From Longimicrobiales bacterium (GTDB lineage: Bacteria; Gemmatimonadota; Gemmatimonadetes; Longimicrobiales; Gaopeijiaceae), in contig CBDCKN010000013.1 in the NCBI GenBank assembly GCA_965218295.1, positions 480,001 through 544,000 on the forward strand: a stretch of DNA of 64,000 bases, in the 5' to 3' direction. A model generated the notes under the pieces. That model had not been told where the DNA came from and ran no database searches. It was given only the letters and a program-made list of their open reading frames with translations. A program made the position numbers and the translations under genes. Below are positions 20,806-29,447 of the stretch, piece by piece. Position 1 is the stretch's first letter. Each line of letters opens with the position of its first letter.

Positions 20806-21165
20806 GGTGTTCTCGTAAGTCGTTACAGGGCACCAAAAGTTACCGACCCGACCCCGACCCCGACTCCGACAGGGGGAGGGAGGGGAGAGGGAGCACCGGT
20901 CGGCGCCGCTCTGAGGAGCGCCACCGCCACTCCCTCTCTCTGTCAACAGCAGTTCTTCTGCCTAGCCCTTCGCAGGCTGCGGAGAAGCTGGATCTGCTGT
21001 CCTAGAGACCTCCAGAGAGCCCGTCAGCGCAGCGATCGTCGCCGCCCGTGTCCTGCAGGGCGCGAATAGCGAACGCCCGGGCTTCCGGTCGACCTCGGGG
21101 ACCTGCACAACCCGAGGAATGACCTGAGTGGACACCGGCACGTGTGCACACCTGCACACCGCATC

Positions 21166-22210
21166 CTAAGCTTGTCGCGCGTAGCGGGCCTTGCAGAAGC
21201 CCAGGAAGGCTTGCATCCGGACTCTTCAGGGTGGGGCCTCCAGACTGACGCCAGAATTCCTTCCAGTCGCCTTCCCAGGTGTAGACGTCCTCACCCATCG
21301 TGTAGCGTTTCGCGCGCTCGTACGTGTCCAACGAGCGGAAGAGCGGTGGGTCGACCTGGCGGTGGCTCTCTCACCACGCACCTCGGTTGCGAAACACCAC
21401 CTGGTCAGATTCTTCGTCGATCTCGATTGTGTAGTCCGGCAGATGGTTGCTTTCTGCCAACTGCTTGGTGAAAAAGCGAAATTTCTTCAGCGGGCTCCGT
21501 GCGCCCATCTTTTTACGGAGGAGCTCGAGGCCGATGCGCCAGTCGGCCTTTCGGCCGCAATGCTTCCGGGCAATCTCATAGACACGGCGCTCGTACGGCT
21601 TTCCGAGGCGGAAGTAGTCTCGGTTGAGGGTTAGAACCTCGCCTGCGCGAATCGCACGGAACACCCAATCAGATAGGGTGACCTCGACCCACAGCAAGCG
21701 GCCATCCAGACCTTTTTTCCGGCGTACTGAGGAAGCATCAATGAGCCCAAACGTCTCGATTTGCTCCTCATCACCCGTGTGGATGTTCGTGCTGATGGTG
21801 GTTCCTCGTAGCCGCCCGAGAGCGGATATGAACGCCTTATAGTCCTTCCCTCCGGTGTCCCGGTTGCAGAAAATCAGAAAGTCGCGTGTGTTGATCCGTA
21901 CCCGCGGGCTGACGGGCTGGCCATCGTTGAGTTTCGCCATGACCTGTGATATGGCGAAGATCAGGATATCCTTGTCGTAGATCGTTGCTAGGCCCTTCAC
22001 ACTCGGCGTGATCTCCCAACCCCAGTGTTCGCCGTGCTCGTAGCGGCTAACGGACGTTACAGGCTTCTTGGAGAGGGAGTAAAAGGGATGCTCCATCTGC
22101 TGCGTGACGTCCTTCAGGACAGCGTCAGCGACGTCGCAGATGAACAGGTCCGGCTGCGGATGTCTGACCGGTAGGAGGTTCGAGTTCGGGGTTTCAGGAA
22201 CCGCCGTCAA
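21166..22210 (-). pseudogene. repA: RPA-family plasmid replication initiator RepA, copy 1 (nonsense codon at 21371, later frameshift)
   Basis: MEHPFYSLSK, GLATIYDKDILIF, YFRL..ERRVYEIARKHCG, LPDY; C-terminal DVYTWE..SPDA. Confidence 0.88.
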
Positions 22211-22510
22211 GAAGGTTGAAGGGTTTCAGGAACCACGCGGACCGTGGAAAACTCCCCTGCCTACCCACTCCAAGGTTCGGGGTTTCAGGAACCGGCTTCC
22301 CCACTAACTCGTTCACCTACAAGGTGTTACTAGTTACCGAAGCGCTTGTAACACATTACTTTAACTCTTATTAACACACGTGGTCGCCTACCCTCCGTTC
22401 GCTTCGCTCACTACGCCCCACGCCTAACGGCGTGGCCTAAAAAAGGAAGGAGAGCGCCATAGGCGCTCTCCCCCCATTTTCACGTACGGCCGCTACGCGG
22501 CCCTGGCTAT
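22180..22510. promoter_or_regulatory. Iteron origin region of repA copy 1
   Basis: Three GGGTTTCAGGAACC repeats (about 22188, 22221, 22279), an AT-rich tract at 22310-22380, then hairpins. Confidence 0.75.
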
Positions 22511-22763
22511 CAGGAGTAGCCACGCGATTTCCGAACGGATGGGAGTAAATCCGACAGCCGCCCGTCACCGAGAAATCGCCGTAGCCGGCTTCCTAGATGA
22601 GCTCGACGGCCGGACATAGGTCGAGAAGAGAGGGGAAATCGATCAAGATCGGCGACCACCGCGGACCGCTGATCGTTCCCGAGGAAGCGACCACGGCGAT
22701 CCACACCAACTAGCCTATTTTTCTCATTTCGGAAACCCGGCGATTGACCGGTAGCATTTTCGA

Positions 22764-23804
22764 TCACATATCCGGTGCGATCGTCTCGCCGTTCCAGTCC
22801 TCAGGGACCGGCTGGTACTCGGTAAACGGGTAGGTGCGCTGGTGCAATGGACGTCCGCCATCCCGGATAGACATGGCAGCAGGAGTGGTGCAGCATTCGA
22901 TAAAGTCCCAGATAGCGTCTACACGCATACCGAAATTCAGGCTACCCACGCCAATACGCACGAGATCTTCATCGGTATCGGTTACCCTGGCTTCTATGCT
23001 CCCAAAGTGAACGGCGATTACCCATCCGTATTGGTCGAACACCGGGCTGCCGCTAGTGCCTCCCGTGGCATTGAAGTTGTATTGCACCTCGACATATTCG
23101 GCGTCCCCTGACCCTTGGATCCTGAGGGCGCTGATAGTGCCATCCTTGAATGTGGCGTTGACCGTGTTATCAGCATCTCCTCCCGTGAACTGCAGCTCAC
23201 CGGGGAATCCCAAAGTCGCTACGGGCTGCCCTATACGGAGGCCATCTACATGTTCACGAGGAAGGACTGACAGGCCCTCTTCGGCTAGCATGTCATCGAG
23301 GAAGAATACTCCGACATCGGGGGTGTCACCGACGTCCTCTGTAGGGTCATAGGCAGGATGGATTAAACCTGGATCAGGTATCACATACGCGTCCTGACCC
23401 CTGAACATGCTACCCGACCTAAAGGCAACGGCCTCTGGGTTTCTGTCGGACAAAATGGCAAGTGCCTCCTCCAGCCCCTGTACAACATGGGCATTGGTCC
23501 AGAGGGCATTGGAGTACTCGGCATTGAATCCGGTGCCGATCAACGATACGCGACGCGATCCACTAGAGTGATCGAACAATACTCCTATACCAAACACGCC
23601 AGCCTCGAGATTCCCACTCTCAACAACCTCAGCCCAGTCAAACGGCTCGCCCGTCTCTCCTTGGGGCCCCTGTGGACCCCCTGGCCCCTGTGGACCCCCT
23701 GGCCCTTGTGAACCCCCTGGCCCCTGTGGACCCGAGGGTCCGATCGGACCCTCGCAACTGACCGCGAGTAGTGCTGCTAAGACGAAGAGGGCTACGCGGG
23801 GCAT
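22764..23804 (-). CDS. Trypsin-like serine protease lipoprotein with a collagen-like linker
   Basis: Lipobox AVSC; (GPQGPG)n; [17 protein letters not shown] triad motifs. Confidence 0.88.
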   Translation of the reverse strand: MPRVALFVLAALLAVSCEGPIGPSGPQGPGGSQGPGGPQGPGGPQGPQGETGEPFDWAEVVESGNLEAGVFGIGVLFDHSSGSRRVSLIGTGFNAEYSNALWTNAHVVQGLEEALAILSDRNPEAVAFRSGSMFRGQDAYVIPDPGLIHPAYDPTEDVGDTPDVGVFFLDDMLAEEGLSVLPREHVDGLRIGQPVATLGFPGELQFTGGDADNTVNATFKDGTISALRIQGSGDAEYVEVQYNFNATGGTSGSPVFDQYGWVIAVHFGSIEARVTDTDEDLVRIGVGSLNFGMRVDAIWDFIECCTTPAAMSIRDGGRPLHQRTYPFTEYQPVPEDWNGETIAPDM

Positions 23805-24184
23805 CGTCAATCTCCTAAACGTCGATCACAACCGCGTCGGGCCATTCGTCAGCGGAATGGTCCTTACCTATTCGCCTGTGGGCGTTAGCGCAAGGCGATA
23901 ACGGGGAAGACGATCCTGCTCTGCTGTAAGGCGTCGCCCCCCATCGGGGGTTCTACGCCCCGTAGCGAAGCTTGGCCACCGCCAGCGACGGTCGATCACG
24001 CGAACGATGTTGTGCCAGCAGAGCCCCGTCGCCTCCCCCGCGACGGGTCCGGAGGGGGCGGTCCACCGCGCTGGACGTTGCCCCCTGCCGGGCCGCCCGG
24101 GCCCGCGTCTTCCGGCCGGATCTTCCCGGAGCGGCCCGCGCCCACCCGAGGTATATGGGTGGAGATGGGGGCCATGCTGGGATC

Positions 24185-24619
24185 GTCACCGTCGGCTCGC
24201 TCCACCAACACCGGGGCGTGCCGCACCTCAGGGTCCTCGGCAAGGGCTCCAAGACCCGGCCCGTGCCGGTCCACCCGGCCGCGCTCTCGGCCCTGGGCGA
24301 TTACCTCGAGCTCGCCGGGCACCGCCGCGACCGGAACGCACCCCTGTTCCAGCCGACCCAGGCCCGCTGGGCCGGCCGGCCGCTCACGGGCGACGGCATC
24401 TACAAGCTCGTCCGGAAGTACACTTCCCTGGCCGCCATCCCCATGGAGCGCATCGTCCACGCCCTACGGGCCACGGCCGCCACCAACGCCCTCGAGCACG
24501 ACGCCGACATCGCCCGCGTCCAGGACTGGCTCGGCCACGCCAACGTCAGCACCACCCGGCTCTACGACCGGCGTACACGCCGCCCCGAGGACAGCCCCAC
24601 GTTCCGGGTTAGCCACTGA
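24185..24619 (+). pseudogene. C-terminal fragment of a XerC-like tyrosine recombinase
   Basis: Near-identical to the 3' part of 60763-61761 (GKGSK, HALR, LGH, Y). Confidence 0.88.
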
Positions 24620-24868
24620 CGGCGCGAAACAAGCCCCTCCGGGACGGATAATCGCGACAGCAGGCCAGCTCCCCCAGCGTTCTCTAAAATCTAAAAACCG
24701 TAGCGGCTCGGACCATAATCCCGCTCTCGCCCAACCTCGGGGGGATCCCCATCCTCAGGTGGCCGCGGTCGTGCTTCTGGCGCTCCCCGTCTTGTCCGCA
24801 CGGCGGGTCCGTGATATACCTACAGGTGTACACACCTTCGCGTGTACAGACCGACCCCACGAGGACGC

Positions 24869-25549
24869 ATGAAGACCGTAGCGATCATCAGCCAGAAAGG
24901 CGGTTCAGGGAAAAGTACCCTGGCCCTTCATCTGGCCGTTGCATCGAGCCGAGAACGCGACACGGCCGTGATAGACCTCGATCCGCAAGCATCAGCCGCA
25001 AGTTGGGCCGATCGCCGTGAGGCCGGCACTCCCCCCGTTCTCTCCGCTCATTCAAGTCGCCTGCTCTTCGTCATGAAGGAAGTTGAGCAAGCGGAGGGCC
25101 CTCAAGGATCGCTGGTGATCCTCGATACGGCCCCCCACGCTGATCGCGTAGCGCTCGACGCTGCCAAGGCGGCCGACCTGGTCCTTATTCCAGCCCGTAC
25201 GACCATTTTCGACATCGAGCCTTGTCTTAGGACGTGTGAACTGATCGCCACGACGAAGACGCCGCAATTCGTTGTTCTGAACGGTGTGGCGGCCGTGGGC
25301 AGTGAAGCAGACGACGCGGCCAGAACGATCGAAGCCCAGGGCTTTGCCGTAGCGCCCGTGCGCCTGGTGAGCCGCGTGGCGTACGCCCGCTCACTCATGG
25401 TCGGTCAAGTCGCCCAGGAGTTTCGCCCGAACGACAAGGCCGCGAAGGAGACCGCTGCCCTGCACACCTTCATGTGTACACACCTGTACGCTTCTCGCAA
25501 GGAGACACGAACCGATGGCCGGAAAGCCAAGCTTCGAAGAGGCGCTTAG
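24869..25549 (+). CDS. parA: ParA/ParF-type Walker ATPase (type Ib)
   Basis: QKGGSGKST, IDLDPQ, LDTAP; RBS GAGGA. Confidence 0.93.
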   Translation: MKTVAIISQKGGSGKSTLALHLAVASSRERDTAVIDLDPQASAASWADRREAGTPPVLSAHSSRLLFVMKEVEQAEGPQGSLVILDTAPHADRVALDAAKAADLVLIPARTTIFDIEPCLRTCELIATTKTPQFVVLNGVAAVGSEADDAARTIEAQGFAVAPVRLVSRVAYARSLMVGQVAQEFRPNDKAAKETAALHTFMCTHLYASRKETRTDGRKAKLRRGA

Positions 25550-25787
25550 CAAGAGGAAGCCCGCTAATGAAGAGCCGAAAGGGCCCAAGCGGAGCAGGGG
25601 AGGGACCTCGACGCTCAAACCCTCCCGGACGGGCACCAAGCACATCGGCGGCCATTTCCCACCCGAGGTCGCGAAACAGCTACGCCAACTCGCCGTAGAC
25701 GAAGACACGTCCCATCAGAAGCTCTTGGGCGAAGCGCTTGATTTACTCTTTCAGAGCCGACGTCTCCCCACGATCGCCAGCAAATAA
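25515..25787 (+). CDS. Small ribbon-helix-helix partition protein (ParG-like)
   Basis: Follows parA; RBS AAGGAG; KHIGGHFPPEVAKQLRQLA..LLGEALDLLF. Confidence 0.8.
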   Translation: MAGKPSFEEALSKRKPANEEPKGPKRSRGGTSTLKPSRTGTKHIGGHFPPEVAKQLRQLAVDEDTSHQKLLGEALDLLFQSRRLPTIASK

Positions 25788-25828
25788 TCGTGTACCGGTG
25801 TGTACACCTCTCTGTCTAGGAGGCCACT

Positions 25829-26790
25829 GTGAACGAGCCGGATAAACCGAAGCTGACGGACTACCTGACCGAGGCCTTGGCCAAGAGCCTGACCGAGGAG
25901 GGGTGTCAGAGCCTCCTCGAGGAGCGCGAACTCGTGGAGGCAGAGGCGCAGCGGGAGCGGCTGGAGGCCCTCCGGATCCAGATGCGGCCTCTGGACACTC
26001 CGGAGGTTGGGGAGGAAGCCCAGACGCCTCCTGAGGTACGCCCCGAATCACGGCCCGACCCGATTCTCCCGGTCGCGGTATCCGTCCGGGAGCATCCAGC
26101 TCGGGAGGCCGGCCGGCTCGCCTTCGGGGGAATCGTCGACCTTGACCAAGACCTGCCGGCGGACGGGCAACTGCCCTTACTCCCGGCCCCGGAAGGTCCT
26201 CGCGTCCCCCTGCTCGAGCTCGTGGACCGCTACGGCGTCCCCACCATGGCCCAGGGCCGAGGCGCGCCCCTGGAACTGGCCGTCTACATCGGCGCGTGTA
26301 TCCTGACGCCCCACCGTGTCCGGGTGAGCCGCGGGAGGCTCGTTACGACCGTCCGCGAGCTCCGTGACTTCCTGTTCGGGCCAATCTGGCATCCCAGCCC
26401 GACCGGTAACCGGCCCGGCGATTGGGAGCGGGTCCGGGCCACGGCGCTGAACGCCAGCGACCTCTGGCGGGCCGTCGCCGTGAGGAAGATCCCCCCGGCG
26501 GCCGGGCGTTACCCGCCGACGCCACCCCCGCAACCGGAGCGTCCACCTGTGGAGCTCCGACCCCGCGCACTACCCCGTTCTGACGGCGGAGGCCCGGCGA
26601 CGGCTGGCGTTCGGGTCCGGAGACAAGAAGAACCGGACGCGGGCCAACCAGGACGCCGCATGGGAGGACCTGGCTGGGGTCGAGATCCTGACCCGAACGG
26701 CCACCACCCAGGATAGTCGGCGCGGCTGGCTGATCGTCCCCGAGGCGGCGGCGGCCATCCGAGGACCTGCGCAACCGGAGAATGACGTTC
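25829..26790 (+). pseudogene. Uncharacterised gene downstream of the par pair, with internal deletion/frameshift near 26500 (candidate Rep)
   Basis: RBS AGGAGG; an alternative frame after 26500 gives YPVLTAEARRRLAFG..QDAAWEDLAGVEILTR. Confidence 0.6.
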
Positions 26791-27046
26791 GCGTAAGTCG
26801 TTACGGCACAACAACTGGATCCCATCTCCATCCCGACCCCGACAGGGGGAGGGAGGGGAGGAGGTGCCGGCTAGCGCCGCTCCCTAGAGGGTCGCGAGGG
26901 CGCTGCCGGCACTCCCTTTCCTCTGTTAAAGACGGGTTCCTCCGGCCGGTCGGAAAGCGGGTGTTTCCCCCTGGTCTCAGCCGCGACGGCCGACATCGAG
27001 GCCCTCAGAGCCCACCAGGGCAGATTTCTTCGCACCGGATAGAGTC

Positions 27047-27400
27047 TTAGGCCAGCCGGTTCCGGATCCGGAACCGGCTGGCCCGGCATTTGGGCCCGCA
27101 CACCACCGAGTCCGCGCGCATCTGCCAGGGCAGTGCACCATCGCACACGGGGCACACTACGGCGGCGGGAACATGCTTGGGCAGGGACATTAAGTTTGTC
27201 CTCGAGGGGTCGGCCCGCTTCACGATGATGGCAATCCAGTTGCCCGACGTGGCGATCCACTCGATGTACTCGGAATAGTACTCGTCGCCCCGCGTGAGCA
27301 GCCGGAGTGCCTCCTCCTCGTCGTTCGAGAGTCGAGGGTAAACAGCCTTCTGCTCGTAGATCTCATCCCCGTAAAGGAACTTCCGCGTCCGCTTCCTCAA
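27047..27400 (-). CDS. Hypothetical protein with a C-terminal CxxC..CxxxC zinc-ribbon motif
   Basis: CPVCDG..RADSVVCGPKCRA. Confidence 0.5.
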   Translation of the reverse strand: MRKRTRKFLYGDEIYEQKAVYPRLSNDEEEALRLLTRGDEYYSEYIEWIATSGNWIAIIVKRADPSRTNLMSLPKHVPAAVVCPVCDGALPWQMRADSVVCGPKCRASRFRIRNRLA

Positions 27401-27689
27401 TCACATCATGCAGGAGCGCGACGACGCATGGCGATCGAGGATGCGATTACGGCAGCGGTCAAGGGGTCCTCCCGCATTGAGGCTCGCGGCTTCGCCGTTC
27501 GCTTCTGACACCCGAACACTCTTTAGGAAATGACTTTTTATGCAAAGGCAAACAGCAAATGCCACGGCAGTAGAGCTTTGCCCACCAAGGGACGCCATCA
27601 TAGGGCCAGCGCCCCCGCGATCGGAGCGGTGAACCAAGCCAGCCCACGGCTGCCGAAGATCGATGTCACGGCGGGGAAATCTCTATGAC

Positions 27690-28920
27690 TGTGCTGAGAC
27701 GGTATTCACCTGACAGTTGACCACGAGAGAGGACGGTGGCCAGCCGCCCTCGCCGGAGCTAATTGAGAGATGTCGAAGTCACTCACTTAGCACGGGAGAG
27801 AAGATGACCACCGTCCAGGGGGAGAAGATAGCGCGCCGCAAGCTGAGCCTGCTACAGTTGGCCCAGGAGCTCGGCAACGTGAGCAAGGCGTGCAAGATCG
27901 TGGGCTACAGCCGGCAGCAGTTCTACGAGATCAGGAGGAACTTCCAGCTTTACGGGGCCGAGGGGCTGATCGACCAGCTTCCGGGGCCGAAGGGACCGCA
28001 CCCGAACCGGGTGAGTGAAGAGATTGAGCAGGCGGTCTTGGCCCACGCCTTGGAGGCTCCGACGCACGGAGCTCAGCGGGTCGCGGACGAGTTGCTGCTC
28101 GGAGGGATCCAGGTGAGCTCAGGAGGCGTACGGGGCGTGTGGAGCCGGCATGGCCTCACCACGAAGCACGAACGGCTGCTCAGGCTCGAAGAGACGGCCA
28201 GGGAACGGAAGCTGAAGCTGACCGACGAGCAGATCGAGCTGCTGGAGCGCTTCAGTCCCGAGTTCCGGGAGCGCCACATCGAAGTCCATTACCCGGGCGA
28301 CCTCGTCGCCGTGGACACGTTCTTCGTCGGAACGCTGAAGGGGGTCGGCAAGGTGTACCTGCAGACCGTGCTCGATTGCTTCAGCCGCTACGCCTGGGGC
28401 CGGCTCTACACGAGCAAGCTCCCGCTCACGGCGGTGCAGGTGATGAATAACGACGTGTTGCCGTTCTTCGATGAGCACCGGGTCCGGGTGAAGACCGTGC
28501 TCAGCGACAACGGCCGCGAGTTCTGCGGCCGTCCGGACCGTCACCCATATGAGCTGTTCCTTCAGCTCGAGGACATCGAGCACCGCACGACGAAGGTGGG
28601 CAGGCCCCAGTCCAACGGCTTCATCGAGCGCTTCCACCGCACGCTCCTCGACGAGCACTTGAGGGTGAAGGGCCGCACCACCTGGTACGAGACCGTCGAG
28701 GAGATGCAGCAGGACCTCGAGGCGTATCTGGAGACCTACAACCGGAAGCGGCCGCACCGCGGTCGAGCCATGGAGGGCCGCACGCCCTATCAGGTCTTCA
28801 AGGCCGGTCTCACCGACGCCAGGAAGGCCGCAAAGGCCAGGAAGGAGGAGGCTAAGACGAAGGCAGCCTAGACACAGCTCCGGCGAGGGCCAACTGTCAG
28901 GTCATTACCATCTCTGTACA
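27690..28920 (+). mobile_element. IS481-family element, 7-bp TSD CTATGAC, inserted in an IS3 orfB remnant
   Basis: IRs TGTGCTGAGACGGTATTCACCTGACAGTTG / CAACTGTCAGGTCATTACCATCTCTGTACA; TSD at 27683-27689 and 28921-28927. Confidence 0.93.
27804..28871 (+). CDS. IS481-family transposase
   Basis: LAQELGNVSKACK, VDTFFVG, SDNGREFCG, PQSNGFIERFHRT. Confidence 0.95.
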   Translation: MTTVQGEKIARRKLSLLQLAQELGNVSKACKIVGYSRQQFYEIRRNFQLYGAEGLIDQLPGPKGPHPNRVSEEIEQAVLAHALEAPTHGAQRVADELLLGGIQVSSGGVRGVWSRHGLTTKHERLLRLEETARERKLKLTDEQIELLERFSPEFRERHIEVHYPGDLVAVDTFFVGTLKGVGKVYLQTVLDCFSRYAWGRLYTSKLPLTAVQVMNNDVLPFFDEHRVRVKTVLSDNGREFCGRPDRHPYELFLQLEDIEHRTTKVGRPQSNGFIERFHRTLLDEHLRVKGRTTWYETVEEMQQDLEAYLETYNRKRPHRGRAMEGRTPYQVFKAGLTDARKAAKARKEEAKTKAA

Positions 28921-29174
28921 CTATGACAACGCGCACATCGAGAGCTTCTTCAAAACTCTGAAGCACGAGGAGATCTTCGCAAACGACTACAGCACGATTG
29001 ATGACCTAGCCAACCGACTCCCCCACTTCCTTGAGGAGGTATACAATCGAAGACGCTTGCACTCCTCCCTCGGCTACAGGCCGCCTGAGGAATTCGAGAG
29101 TGTGTATGCAGCTTGAAACCCTCAACCAGTCAATCCAGCCAACCCCCACTGTCCACTCTTAGGGGTTCACTCCA
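28921..29174 (+). mobile_element. Right-end remnant of a second IS3-family element
   Basis: Joined to 27663-27689 it reads MSRRGNLYDNAHIESFFKTLK..YNRRRLHSSLGY; IRR ends ..GGGGTTCACTCCA. Confidence 0.88.
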
Positions 29175-29447
29175 AGACCTGTGCAGCTTTCGATGGCCGT
29201 TGACACCTTCGGCCCCAAAATGCGATAGGTGCCTGTGCGGGTCTATTACCATCGACAGCTGCTCCGACGGTGCTACTTTCGACCTCGACATAGCGTGGGC
29301 TCCTCCCCCTCGTGGGTGGGTCATCTTGCAAGGACGACCCAGGGTAGCCTGCGCCATTGTCGCGTTTACTAGAAAGCTTTGGACATCGCCCCAGAGGCGA
29401 TGCGGTGCGAGATCGTAGTCCGCTGTCTACCGAGTCGGGAAGGCTTT

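Larger units (their letters stand above)
24784..26854 (+). repeat. 2.07 kb direct duplication, copy A (copy B 38205-40275)
   Basis: Identical ORFs at offset 13421. Confidence 0.95.

Noticed and set aside
24728..24745. CCCAACCTCGGGG resembling the IS256 right end plus TSD
   Set aside because: Only about 13 bp; the rest of the IR is missing, so chance is likely.
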